Of a stretch of DNA of 64,000 bases, positions 38,272 to 48,163 are shown in pieces (within the stretch, counting starts at the first letter, position 1; each line of letters starts with the position of its first letter). The stretch is from Flavobacteriales bacterium (GTDB taxonomy: Bacteria > Bacteroidota > Bacteroidia > Flavobacteriales_D > UBA2798): positions 9,800 to 73,799 of the forward strand of contig JBBIOU010000015.1 in the NCBI GenBank assembly GCA_037443205.1. Reading direction: 5' to 3'. The notes beneath the pieces are model-generated. The model worked only from the letters and a program-made list of their open reading frames with translations. It searched no databases and had not been told where the DNA came from. The position numbers and the translations under genes are program-made.

Positions 38272-38797
38272 TAAGATATACCTCTAATAAACCTTGCGGT
38301 AAATCCATTATCAGTGTTTTTTCGACACGGTTTATTTCTGTAATAAATTGTTTAGCTGCCGGTATTAATATTTCTTTGTTATTTTTGATAACCTGTATAA
38401 GTCTATTCGAAGGTATGTCAAACACATCGTTTACATATCCTACTTCGCCCGATTGTACATCAATTAACTTAAAACCGATTATTTCCTGCGAATAAAATTC
38501 ATGGGCTGTTAGTTCGGGTAAGTATTCAAAGGGTATCCACAGGGCATAGCCTTTTATTTTTTGTGCCTCATCAATGGTATTAATTCCCTCTATTTTAATT
38601 AATAGCTGATTGTTTTTTATTTTTCTGCAATTAGCAATAACATACGGATACAGGGAAGAATCAAAATTTTCCAGGAAAATATTTTTAGATGATAAATTAA
38701 GCTGATGAGGCAAGGTATTGCTAAAAACCACTACTTCGCCATGAATGCCGTGTACACGTATAATCTTCCCAAGGTTAAAGCATTTTTCTTTATCCAT
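38261..38797 (-). CDS. rimM: 16S rRNA processing protein RimM
   Basis: G(K/R)I...HGIHGEVVV N-terminal motif and a PRC-barrel C-terminus. Lies downstream of rpsP. Confidence 0.8.
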   Translation of the reverse strand: MDKEKCFNLGKIIRVHGIHGEVVVFSNTLPHQLNLSSKNIFLENFDSSLYPYVIANCRKIKNNQLLIKIEGINTIDEAQKIKGYALWIPFEYLPELTAHEFYSQEIIGFKLIDVQSGEVGYVNDVFDIPSNRLIQVIKNNKEILIPAAKQFITEINRVEKTLIMDLPQGLLEVYLNDE

Positions 38798-38812
38798 GGG
38801 GACAAGAATAAA

Positions 38813-39313
38813 TTATTCTGCGTTTTCGGCAGGTGTTTCTGCTTCGGCTGAATTAGCGGCAGTAGCAGCAGCTATTTTAGCTGCTTTTTCAGCACGCGAT
38901 TTAGATTCAGCCTCCTGGCGTTTCTTAGCGTTTTGAGCTTTTTCGTTTGCAAGACGGTCTTTTTTACCTTGTATTTTGGCTTCTTTTTCTTGCAACCACT
39001 TATCAAATTTAGCTTGAGCCTGTTCTTCGGTAAGGGCACCTTTTGCCACGCCTTTTGATAAATGGTTTCGATATAACACCCCTTTGTATGATAAGATTGC
39101 CCGGCAAGTGTCTGTAGGTTGTGCTCCTAATCCAAGCCAATGCAATGCTCTGTCAAAGTTTAATTCTATGCTTGCAGGATTACTGATGGGATTGTAAATA
39201 CCCAGTTTTTCAATAAACTTACCATCTCTGGGCGAGCGGCTGTCTGCCACAACAATGTGAAAAAATGGTTTGCCTTTTTTTCCGTGGCGTTGTAATCTGA
39301 TTTTTGTTGCCAT
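38813..39313 (-). CDS. rpsP: 30S ribosomal protein S16 with Lys/Ala/Glu-rich C-terminal extension
   Basis: MATKIRLQRHGKKGKPFFHIVVADSRSPRDGKFIEKLGIYNP. Confidence 0.9.
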   Translation of the reverse strand: MATKIRLQRHGKKGKPFFHIVVADSRSPRDGKFIEKLGIYNPISNPASIELNFDRALHWLGLGAQPTDTCRAILSYKGVLYRNHLSKGVAKGALTEEQAQAKFDKWLQEKEAKIQGKKDRLANEKAQNAKKRQEAESKSRAEKAAKIAAATAANSAEAETPAENAE

Positions 39314-39363
39314 ATTTATTAATTGTTTAAGGGTCCGAAACCCGGTTAATTAATTTCGGGCTG

Positions 39364-39371
39364 CAAATATA
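39364..39371 (-). promoter_or_regulatory. -7 box (TAnnTTTG) upstream of rpsP
   Basis: The minus strand reads tatatttgcagccc, ~50 nt upstream of the rpsP ATG. Confidence 0.45.
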
Positions 39372-39452
39372 CGATTTTTTTGCATAAGTATATGTTTTTT
39401 AATAAAAAAATATTTTTATGCTCTATTCCCGGTTAAATGTATAATTCTGACC

Positions 39453-39460
39453 TATCTTTG
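39453..39460 (+). promoter_or_regulatory. -7 box (TAnnTTTG) upstream of 39482 ORF
   Basis: tatctttg, 22 nt upstream of ATG 39482. Confidence 0.4.
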
Positions 39461-39481
39461 TGCTGTTACGTTCAATAATTA

Positions 39482-39847
39482 ATGTCTAAAAAACTTTATC
39501 TGAAATATTCCCCGCCAATTTATTTGTTTATTGTTAGTCTATTATTTTTATATTTTGTTATAGAAGGTAAATCCTTATGTGATAAAGCTAACGAATGTAA
39601 AGTTAACACACAAACTGCAAGTATAATTTCTGCTGATGATTACAACCATCCATTGGCAAAAGAAACAAATGAAACGCATAATTTATGTAATTCTTTATCT
39701 ACCTATTCTCATCTGTTTTTCATATTATTTCTATTACTTTATTTTAGTAATGTTTGCTATTATTTATATACGCAAGATCATCGTAAACACAGCGGTTATT
39801 TTTTGCAAAGAAAAATATATCTCTCTGTAAGAAATTTCAGAATTTGA
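39482..39847 (+). CDS. Hypothetical small membrane protein
   Basis: Two hydrophobic segments and a well-placed -7 box. Composition is very AT-rich, so the coding status is uncertain. Confidence 0.35.
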   Translation: MSKKLYLKYSPPIYLFIVSLLFLYFVIEGKSLCDKANECKVNTQTASIISADDYNHPLAKETNETHNLCNSLSTYSHLFFILFLLLYFSNVCYYLYTQDHRKHSGYFLQRKIYLSVRNFRI

Positions 39848-39948
39848 TTTTTGTACTTCCACTGAATTAAATGCGTGATGCATTTAGTAATTTGACAGAA
39901 TCTGACTGTCAATATGATATACATTTATTAATATTAAATACAAAAATC

Positions 39949-41208
39949 ATGAAATTAAAAATCAAAATCGTGTTTTTATTGTTTGCATTATTTATACCTG
40001 TAGTGCTTATGGCGAATATGCAAACTAAAGCAGAAATTGCAGGAATAAAAATAGAGTTTATCTTATTTGGTTTAACTTTATTGGGAATTGTTGTTTTTCA
40101 CAAAGAAGCTTTCTTAGTAGCAATAACAGGCTTAATATTGATAACAGCCTGTAAACTGTCTTTATATCCAAATTTCAGTTTGGCGGAACATATTACCGGT
40201 AATAATTTCGGTGAAGGTGAATGGAAAACTTTGCTTAATTTATTTTTGCTGCTACCGGGCTTTGCTGTGCTGGCAAAAATTTTTGAAACAAGTAATGTGC
40301 CGCAAGTATTGCCCAAAATTTTACCGGATAATTGGCTGGGAGGATTTTATTTATTATTAATTATCCTGATTCTATCTTCATTTTTAGACAATATTGCGGC
40401 TGCACTGATAGGCGGCACAATAGCTGCAGGAGTTTATCAAAACAAAGTACATATAATGTATATTGTTTCTATTATTGCCGCAAGTAATGCCGGTGGAGCA
40501 GGTAGCATCATTGGTGATACCACTACTACGATGATGTGGATTGATGGCATATCACCTCTTACAGTATTACCTGCCTATATTGCATCTATAGGGTCGTTTA
40601 TATCTTTTGCTTTTATTGCTTCTTATATTCAGCAAAAACACCAGCCTATTCAAAAAGATGTATTACCCGGAGTTGAAATTAAAACCCAAAAATTGCTCTC
40701 GGTTGTAATAATTATTTTTTTAACCATTGCAGGTAATTATGCATTAGATTTTCCCTCAATAGGTGTTTGGTCAGGAATAATTATTTCGGGCATTTATACT
40801 AGCATACCGTATAAAGAGTCGTTAAAAATGATTAAAAGCACCTTATTTTTATTATGCCTTGTTTTTTCGGCCTCGCTTATGCCTATCGAAGACTTACCCC
40901 AGCCATCGGTAATAAGCACCTTTTCTTTTGGGTTTATATCGGCATTTTTTGATAACATTCCGCTTACTAAATTATGTCTTGAACAAAGCAACTACGATTG
41001 GGCATTATTAGCCTTTGCCGTAGGTTTTGGAGGCTCTATGATTTGGTTTGGTTCCTCAGCCGGTGTAGCCTTAACCAACCAATTTCCCGAGAGCCAGTCT
41101 GCTATCAAATATTTAAAAAATTCCTGGCATGTAATAATAGCCTACATCGTTGGCTATATACTGCTGTATTTAATTATGGGTTGGAACCCTGTAAATCACA
41201 AATTATAA
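39949..41208 (+). CDS. ArsB/NhaD-superfamily (CitMHS-like) ion/anion permease
   Basis: About 11-12 TM helices, with SSFLDNIAAALIGG and FFDNIPLT repeat motifs typical of this superfamily. Start moved to ATG 39949 (MKLKIKIVFLLF...). Confidence 0.6.
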   Translation: MKLKIKIVFLLFALFIPVVLMANMQTKAEIAGIKIEFILFGLTLLGIVVFHKEAFLVAITGLILITACKLSLYPNFSLAEHITGNNFGEGEWKTLLNLFLLLPGFAVLAKIFETSNVPQVLPKILPDNWLGGFYLLLIILILSSFLDNIAAALIGGTIAAGVYQNKVHIMYIVSIIAASNAGGAGSIIGDTTTTMMWIDGISPLTVLPAYIASIGSFISFAFIASYIQQKHQPIQKDVLPGVEIKTQKLLSVVIIIFLTIAGNYALDFPSIGVWSGIIISGIYTSIPYKESLKMIKSTLFLLCLVFSASLMPIEDLPQPSVISTFSFGFISAFFDNIPLTKLCLEQSNYDWALLAFAVGFGGSMIWFGSSAGVALTNQFPESQSAIKYLKNSWHVIIAYIVGYILLYLIMGWNPVNHKL

Positions 41209-41515
41209 CTATCATTAATTTAAACCATATGAAATCAAAACCTAAATATACATTTTTTCATTTTTTGGCAATTTACATCATTATCAGTATTATATTCATA
41301 ATACTAATAAACATGATTATGAAATAATTAATAAACCAAATTTGTCGTTAGCCAGGCATGGAGCGGTAATGTGTATGTGTGCGGTATTTGGATAAACCCT
41401 GCTCTAGATTTTGTTAGTATTTATATACTTAAGTAATAAAAAAATATAAGAAAATATTAAATATTCGGTTTGAAAGAAAAATGTGTAATGACTTTTTTGG
41501 GTTTAAGTAAAGCGC

Positions 41516-41523
41516 TACCTTTG
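41516..41523 (+). promoter_or_regulatory. -7 box (TAnnTTTG) upstream of CBS-domain synthase gene
   Basis: tacctttg, 17 nt upstream of ATG 41540. Confidence 0.45.
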
Positions 41524-41539
41524 TGTCAAAGATGCAAAA

Positions 41540-42907
41540 ATGAACTATTACGAAAATATATTGCAATGTATTGGAAATACACCCCTTGTAAAACTAAATA
41601 AAATTACCCGCGCAATACCGGCTAGCGTACTGGCAAAAGTTGAGACCTTTAATCCGGGTAATTCTATCAAAGACCGCATGGCCTTAAAAATGATAGAAGA
41701 TGCCGAAAAACAAGGATTGCTAAAACCGGGCGGAACAATTATTGAAGGCACCAGCGGCAATACCGGAATGGGATTAGCCATTGCCGCAATTATTAAAGGA
41801 TATAAGTGCATTTTTACCACTACCGATAAACAATCTAAAGAAAAAATTGATGCGCTTAAAGCTTTTGGTGCAGAAGTAATTGTTTGCCCTACCGATGTTG
41901 AACCCGAAGACCCACGTTCGTATTATTCCGTTTCGTCCAGATTAGAAAAAGAAATACCCAACTCATGGAAAGCCAACCAATACGATAATCCTTCTAATGC
42001 ACGGGCACACTATGAAACCACCGGACCCGAAATATGGCAGCAAACCGATGGAAAAATAACTCATTTGGTGGTAGGCGTTGGAACCGGTGGAACCATTTGC
42101 GGTACCGGAAAATATTTAAAAGAAAAAAATCCGGCCATACAAATTTTAGGAATTGATACCTATGGTTCAGTATTTAAAAAATATAAAGAAACCGGAATAT
42201 TCGATAAAAATGAAATTTATCCATACATAACCGAAGGTATTGGCGAAGATTTTTTACCACAAAATGTAGATTTTAATATCATTGACCATTTTGAAAAAGT
42301 AACAGATAAAGATGCTGCCATTTATACCCGCGAAATAGTAAAACAAGAAGGTATATGGGCAGGTAACTCGGCAGGTGCAGCCATTGCAGGTATTTTGCAA
42401 ATGAAAGAACGATTTAAAAAAGAGGATGTGGTTGTGGTAATATTTCACGATCATGGTTCTCGCTATGTAGGCAAAATGTTTAACGATGAATGGATGCGCG
42501 AAAAAGGATTTTTTGATAAATCAGGCTTAACCGCCAAAGATTTGGTAAACACCGGAAAAAGTTCAGAACTGATTACTGTGGCTGCTGACGATAAGGTTGA
42601 ATTTGCCATTAAACTGATGATAGAAAAAGATATTTCGCAAATACCGGTATCGCAAAACGGCAGAATTGTTGGCTCACTTAACGAAAACAACTTATTTAAA
42701 CAAATTATCAGTAATGTAGATATCAAACAAAAACCGGTTAGCGAAGTAATGGGGGCTGCTTTTCCGTTTGTAGATATTTCTACTCCTTTAGATTCACTAA
42801 AAGATATGCTTACTGCCGAAAACCCTGCTGTGTTGGTTCGCGATTTTAAAACTGATAAATCATACATCATTACCCGACATGATATTATGAATGTTTTAGC
42901 CAAATAA
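41540..42907 (+). CDS. PLP-dependent cystathionine beta-synthase/cysteine synthase with C-terminal CBS pair
   Basis: PLP-lysine motif NPGNSIKDRMAL and glycine loop GTSGNTG(M)G. The C-terminal ~130 aa has two CBS-like repeats. Confidence 0.8.
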   Translation: MNYYENILQCIGNTPLVKLNKITRAIPASVLAKVETFNPGNSIKDRMALKMIEDAEKQGLLKPGGTIIEGTSGNTGMGLAIAAIIKGYKCIFTTTDKQSKEKIDALKAFGAEVIVCPTDVEPEDPRSYYSVSSRLEKEIPNSWKANQYDNPSNARAHYETTGPEIWQQTDGKITHLVVGVGTGGTICGTGKYLKEKNPAIQILGIDTYGSVFKKYKETGIFDKNEIYPYITEGIGEDFLPQNVDFNIIDHFEKVTDKDAAIYTREIVKQEGIWAGNSAGAAIAGILQMKERFKKEDVVVVIFHDHGSRYVGKMFNDEWMREKGFFDKSGLTAKDLVNTGKSSELITVAADDKVEFAIKLMIEKDISQIPVSQNGRIVGSLNENNLFKQIISNVDIKQKPVSEVMGAAFPFVDISTPLDSLKDMLTAENPAVLVRDFKTDKSYIITRHDIMNVLAK

Positions 42908-42910
42908 AAC

Positions 42911-43693
42911 ATGAAGTTAACCGACCAAACCGGGCATTATATAGAATTAAACCAAACTCCCTCGCGCATTGTTTCCTTAGTACCTTCGCAAACCGAATTA
43001 TTATACCATCTGCGACTTGAAGATAAAATAGTTGGAATCACAAAATTCTGTGTTCATCCTGCTCACTGGTATAAAAACAAAGTTCATGTTGGCGGAACAA
43101 AAAAATTAAATCATCAAAAAATTGCCGCCTTAAAACCCGATTTAATTATTGCCAACAAAGAAGAAAACAGCCAATCGGATATTGAACTTTTACAAACGCA
43201 ATACCCGGTTTATATAAGCAACATCCGCAATTTATCAGAAGCATTACATATGATTGCACAGCTAGGTATCTTAACTCAAACTGAGATGAATGCTACAAAT
43301 CTAATCCGTAAAATTGAGCAAGCTTTTGCAAGCATTCCCTCTAAAAAAAAACATAAAGCCCTTTACCTGATTTGGAAAAATCCTTATATGGCTGCAGGCA
43401 AAGACACTTTTATAAATGATATGATGAACTATGCAGGTTATTTTAATTGTATAGAAAAAAACCGCTACCCCACATTAACATTGACAGAGATAATAAGACT
43501 ACAACCCGAATATATCTTGCTCTCTTCAGAACCCTATCCTTTTAAATATAAGCATCAGGAAGAATTAAAAAAAATATTGCCCCACACTAAAATTTTGCTG
43601 GTTGACGGAGAAATGTTTTCCTGGTACGGAAGCCGCTTACTTAAAGCTGCCGAATATTTTACTAAGAACCTGCCTGCATCAGAACCTGCATAA
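42911..43693 (+). CDS. BtuF-like helical-backbone periplasmic binding protein (cobalamin/metal-chelate)
   Basis: RIVSLVPSQTELLYHL...IVGITKFCVHP and ...LKPDLIIANKEEN motifs. No signal peptide is apparent. Confidence 0.65.
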   Translation: MKLTDQTGHYIELNQTPSRIVSLVPSQTELLYHLRLEDKIVGITKFCVHPAHWYKNKVHVGGTKKLNHQKIAALKPDLIIANKEENSQSDIELLQTQYPVYISNIRNLSEALHMIAQLGILTQTEMNATNLIRKIEQAFASIPSKKKHKALYLIWKNPYMAAGKDTFINDMMNYAGYFNCIEKNRYPTLTLTEIIRLQPEYILLSSEPYPFKYKHQEELKKILPHTKILLVDGEMFSWYGSRLLKAAEYFTKNLPASEPA

Positions 43694-43756
43694 TCGCAAA
43701 TTAAACCCAAATTACGAATTAGAAAAATCGTAATCGGTAAGTGTATATCAATAAAA

Positions 43757-44809
43757 TTATTCGCTGTAAATTCTGCTGTTGTTTCTACGTTTAAAAATTG
43801 CGCCCTTCAGGTTGTGATATTTTAAAGATACTTCAAGTCCTCCGCGCATATTGGTTGCAGTTTTTAAGGTAGAAATATTCATGTCGTAACTTAATCCGAC
43901 TGCGAAAGACGTAAATCTGTATTCAAAAGTAGGAATAATTGCATCACCGTATCGGTATTGAACACCGGCATATAAAGCCGACTCATTTAATAAACCGGTA
44001 ATTTTTGTACCGGGTGTTAAATCAAACCTCATCATTAAACCGATATTAATTTCCTGCTGAGTTGCTTGTTTAAAAAATGTAAAAAAAGGCAATACACCTA
44101 ACTCGGTATTGGGTATATCAAATAAAGCCGAGCCATGTGCTACCAACTTCATATATAACTGTTCGTTGCTGCCTGAATGATATTTTATATTAGGCTGATT
44201 GATATGAAACATAGCTACACCCAAATTAATGTATTTAACATCAAATCCTTTAATATGGCTGCTTTTGTTTCTGTATTCGTAGCGCAAACCGCCTGAAAAA
44301 TCCATATATCCGTGCGAAGCAAGCATGTTGCCTTCGTAAGAGGGTAACGTTGGATCAAATTCCTGACCGTTGAATTGAGTGGCCCATCTTAGTTTATCAA
44401 GTTGTACTACCCTTTGAGCATAACCTGTTTGGATGCCGGCTACAAATTTGCTGTTTTTATCTACTTTTACAATGCCCGCTAAAGAAAGATTTCCTTGGTT
44501 TGAACCCATTTTAGCATCACCGGCTTTATCGCTGAAAAAATTAATTCCTAAACCTAAGTGCGATTTGTTTTTAAATATCCCCTGAAAGAGGGGCATATCA
44601 AATGAAAATCCTAAAGTATTATAAGGTGCATTGGCTGCCGACCATTGTGTGCGATAATTCATTACCAACCGTTCATACCCTTCGTAGCCTCCTGTTTCGG
44701 CAGGATTGATATGCAGCGGATTATTCAATACCTGAGAAAAATGAACATCTTGTGAGTAGGATGTTTTTGTACAGGCGATAATTGCCATGATAGTAATAAA
44801 CTTTTTCAT
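43757..44809 (-). CDS. PorP/SprF-family type IX secretion membrane protein
   Basis: N-terminal signal followed by QDVHFSQVLNNPLHINPAETG, the family hallmark. Lies 5 nt downstream of a type-B CTD cargo gene. Confidence 0.85.
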   Translation of the reverse strand: MKKFITIMAIIACTKTSYSQDVHFSQVLNNPLHINPAETGGYEGYERLVMNYRTQWSAANAPYNTLGFSFDMPLFQGIFKNKSHLGLGINFFSDKAGDAKMGSNQGNLSLAGIVKVDKNSKFVAGIQTGYAQRVVQLDKLRWATQFNGQEFDPTLPSYEGNMLASHGYMDFSGGLRYEYRNKSSHIKGFDVKYINLGVAMFHINQPNIKYHSGSNEQLYMKLVAHGSALFDIPNTELGVLPFFTFFKQATQQEINIGLMMRFDLTPGTKITGLLNESALYAGVQYRYGDAIIPTFEYRFTSFAVGLSYDMNISTLKTATNMRGGLEVSLKYHNLKGAIFKRRNNSRIYSE

Positions 44810-44814
44810 ATTAA

Positions 44815-47289
44815 TTATCGCATTAAAGTTATGTTTCCGCTTTGGTTAATTTCTGAACCGTCACTCAATATCGCGTAAAGTTTGTATGTATAAACTCCGC
44901 TGTTTAATTTTTGTCCTTTGTATGTACCATCCCAACCTACGCTTTGACTGGTAGTATTAAATATTTTTTCGCCCCAGCGATTATAAATGGTAAAGTTCAA
45001 TCCGATTATGTTTTCGCCTAAAACATATAAAACATCGTTAATACCATCTCCGTTAGGCGAAAATGCATTGGGTATGGCTGCTCCGGCCGGTTGTTTAAAA
45101 TGTGCTATAATTACATCATTGGCAGCAAAGGTAGTGCTAATGGAAGAATCTTTATCGCTGGGAGTAGGTGTGCTTGCCATTTCCCAATAATCAAATTCCC
45201 ACCCGCCATAAGCATCAGCTTTTAGTAAGGTTTCAATGCCTCCGTAGTAGGTTCCATACCATGGAAAAGTTTCAATGTGTACGGAATTTATGTCAACTGT
45301 TCCTGAATTGGGTGGATCAACCAGCACGGTAATATTGTATGGTCCGGTTAAATTGTAGCAATCTATCATGGCTTGCGAAAATGCTGCACAACGTTGATTA
45401 ATAAAATCTCTGATTAATTGCACATTGCTTTGCCACGTTGCATAAGAACCACCCCAGCGGGTAATATGCGCTTGCATTTCGGGGTCTATCACTGCCACCA
45501 TGCTATCTAACACATGAAGCATATGAGGACATGAGAAAGTTGTATTTGCCAAATCGGCATATCGGGAAATATAGTATTGTTTAAAAATAGGATTTTCCAT
45601 TAATTTAGAGATAATGTCCGTATGACCTTGACCACCCGGATTAGGAAGATTCTCTGGGTCGCAAGGACCTGCAGTTGGGGAAGAATTGGGGATTCCCGTA
45701 AAATTCACATAATGTCCAAAGGTTGCATCTAAATCCCACAATATATATCTCCATTTCTTTTTATCTCCTAAAGGATTCAATCCCCTCCACCAGCCGGTGT
45801 TCCAATTAAGCCAATCTTTATTTACCGTATATGAATTTATACAGAAATAATCTACCAGACTTTGCCAGTTTAGCAAGCTGTCTACATAGTTCCAGTTAGC
45901 GGGTATGGAACAATCGTTCGACATAATAAATGTTCTTAGAGTATTCCAGTCGGTTGAGGCTGCTGCACCTCCATACTCATTCCACGTACCACCCCAGGTT
46001 TTAATAAACTGGATGTATTCCGGAGAGCCGTTATATTTTTCGTCCTGATCATAATAATACGAAGTATAATCTTTATCATCTACTTTTTCACGTAAATCGT
46101 AAACACCCCAGTATTGACCATTTGCATACAACACACAAAACAGCGAGGTTCTTTCGTCCAGTTTTAAATTTCCGATATCTGAAAGCGTGTGTATATAAGC
46201 GTCTCTGATATGAGCACCGTTACCGGGTGCAAAGGGGTAATTATCGCAAGCTCCCGCTTTTAGTATAATGCGCTGAAATGTTTGCCTGTTTTTAGAATTA
46301 AAAAATTTATGTTTCAGTGCATAGCTGTAGCCATGTTGATCTCTGGTTATAAAGTCTATTCCTCTTTGTCCGTATGCCCAGGAATCGTTGCCGTGTTTAT
46401 TAGCTTCTCCAACGGCTTCGGTTTTAAATTGTTTATCTGCACCAAAATATTCAATACCTGCATCCGGGGTAATTTGGCTGCCACCTAAAAGTGTACCGAT
46501 TTGGTCGCCAAATATAGAAACTACAGGCACAGTATGGTTTACGTTTATAAAATACGTATTACTTTCTGTAAAACTTGCCGGTGTACCGGCTAAAAATGCC
46601 TTTGCGCGTAAAACTGTGGTTGTGGCAATATTTACGGGAGCGGTATAAAGCGTAGAAGCTGCCGTTGGCTCACTGCCATTGGTGGTGTATCGAATTTCAG
46701 CACCGGGTGTGGCACAGGTAATACTTACATTTTGTGCCGATGAGTAAAATCCTGCATTGATGCTCATAACGGGGCGGGCAACGTAATCCGGTTGTGCGTT
46801 TATGTTTGCGGCTCCGGGAGTTGGCGTTATAAACAAACTCCAACTCGTTGCACCATCTGTTGTTCTGCCGCGGGAATGATCTTTTTGTGTTGGATTTAAA
46901 GTAATATTTTCCAAAATTGTTCCCGAAGGATCTGAAAATACCAGATTTTCGGGTTGTGTTTGGTTTAACCTGAAATTTGTATGCACACCGGGGGCAATAA
47001 CCGCATCGCGACCACTGCAAAAAACCAGCAAATATCCATTAGCCGGCACACTTGTTCCTGCAGGGAATTGCCATTTGGTGGGATTGTTGGCTTTATCACT
47101 AAAATAATAACCTGTTAAATTTACCGCTGTGCTGCCCGGATTATAAAATTCTACCCAATCATCTCTGTCTCCGGCCGACTGAATACCATTGAGATTCGCA
47201 CAAGAATACTCGTTTATTACTACCTGTGCATATAAGTTTTCAGTAAATAATAAAGTTAAAATGAAGAATGAACGGTAAATAAATTTCAT
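44815..47289 (-). CDS. T9SS cargo: lamin-tail-domain + CotH-like domain + type-B C-terminal domain protein
   Basis: LTD: VVINEYSCAN...DWVEFYNPGSTAVNLTGYYFSD. The central region is CotH-like. The C-terminus IPNAFSPNGDGINDVLYV...IYNRWGEKIF...WDGTYKGQKLNSGVYTYKL...GNITLMR is a type-B CTD. Confidence 0.75.
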   Translation of the reverse strand: MKFIYRSFFILTLLFTENLYAQVVINEYSCANLNGIQSAGDRDDWVEFYNPGSTAVNLTGYYFSDKANNPTKWQFPAGTSVPANGYLLVFCSGRDAVIAPGVHTNFRLNQTQPENLVFSDPSGTILENITLNPTQKDHSRGRTTDGATSWSLFITPTPGAANINAQPDYVARPVMSINAGFYSSAQNVSITCATPGAEIRYTTNGSEPTAASTLYTAPVNIATTTVLRAKAFLAGTPASFTESNTYFINVNHTVPVVSIFGDQIGTLLGGSQITPDAGIEYFGADKQFKTEAVGEANKHGNDSWAYGQRGIDFITRDQHGYSYALKHKFFNSKNRQTFQRIILKAGACDNYPFAPGNGAHIRDAYIHTLSDIGNLKLDERTSLFCVLYANGQYWGVYDLREKVDDKDYTSYYYDQDEKYNGSPEYIQFIKTWGGTWNEYGGAAASTDWNTLRTFIMSNDCSIPANWNYVDSLLNWQSLVDYFCINSYTVNKDWLNWNTGWWRGLNPLGDKKKWRYILWDLDATFGHYVNFTGIPNSSPTAGPCDPENLPNPGGQGHTDIISKLMENPIFKQYYISRYADLANTTFSCPHMLHVLDSMVAVIDPEMQAHITRWGGSYATWQSNVQLIRDFINQRCAAFSQAMIDCYNLTGPYNITVLVDPPNSGTVDINSVHIETFPWYGTYYGGIETLLKADAYGGWEFDYWEMASTPTPSDKDSSISTTFAANDVIIAHFKQPAGAAIPNAFSPNGDGINDVLYVLGENIIGLNFTIYNRWGEKIFNTTSQSVGWDGTYKGQKLNSGVYTYKLYAILSDGSEINQSGNITLMR

Positions 47290-47519
47290 AAAATTAACAT
47301 TAAATTAACCCCTAATTTACTATTTTTTTAAATACCAAACACATCTGTTGCAGAATAATTATTTAACGTAAACAGGTTAAAAAAATCAGGCTACTTACAG
47401 GCAGATTAAGTATGAACTTCTCATCCAAACAAATATAGTCCGGATTATTTAATTCGGCTAAAAATGCTTAATTACAAAACCGAAGTTAATTCAGGTTAAA
47501 ACAAATATACCTACGGCTA

Positions 47520-48011
47520 TTATTGCTCGATAAGTTTATTAGCTCTTGAAATTAATTCTTCGGTTTTTTTTGCTTGCCCGGGGGTTTTATCTTTTGAGAT
47601 GGATAATGCTTTGGTTGCTGTATTTACTGCCTTTATTGCTGTAGGAGCCTTGGTTCTGGGATTGATGTTTTTTGCTGTTTCGAGCATGTCTTTGGCTTTG
47701 TTATCTAAATCAGCTATTTTGTCGGGGCGTGATTTTACCTCGTTTTGTATGTGATAGAGCCTTTTTAATATTTCCGCATCGCTTTTAATTTTATGTCCTT
47801 CGTTTTCCATTTTTTCTAATTCTTTTTCGATAGCTGCTAAGTCTTTCTCGGTTTTAAGGGTTGGTTCGTAAACGTCAAAACTTTGACCAACAAAGCCATC
47901 TATACCGCTTTCGCCAACAGCTCCGGGGCGTTTCAGTTCTTTTTCTGTTTCCTGCGAAATGGCCATACCGGCAACCAATAAGAATGCTAGTGATAAGGTT
48001 AAATTTTTCAT
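47520..48011 (-). CDS. Hypothetical secreted helical protein
   Basis: Signal peptide MKNLTLSLAFLLVAGMAISQ. Lys/Glu-rich. Confidence 0.5.
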   Translation of the reverse strand: MKNLTLSLAFLLVAGMAISQETEKELKRPGAVGESGIDGFVGQSFDVYEPTLKTEKDLAAIEKELEKMENEGHKIKSDAEILKRLYHIQNEVKSRPDKIADLDNKAKDMLETAKNINPRTKAPTAIKAVNTATKALSISKDKTPGQAKKTEELISRANKLIEQ

Positions 48012-48163
48012 AATCTTTATTTATTAATTAATTAATTGAGTATTTAAAAATTGTTTTATAATTGGCTAAGATATAAAATTATCTGATAAGCAAATATTTA
48101 ACATTCGTATTTTGTTGCTATACAGAAAAATTGCACATTTGTCCCAAAGCAATAAATAAAATT

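Noticed and set aside
40998-41327. 109-aa ORF overlapping the 3' end of the permease gene
   Set aside because: Most of it is an alternative frame of the well-supported permease CDS. Only its last 32 codons (41229-41327) are intergenic, and those are reported separately as a low-confidence micro-ORF.
42463-42912. Minus-strand 149-aa ORF
   Set aside because: It is antisense to the CBS-domain region of the PLP-dependent synthase gene and has no motifs.
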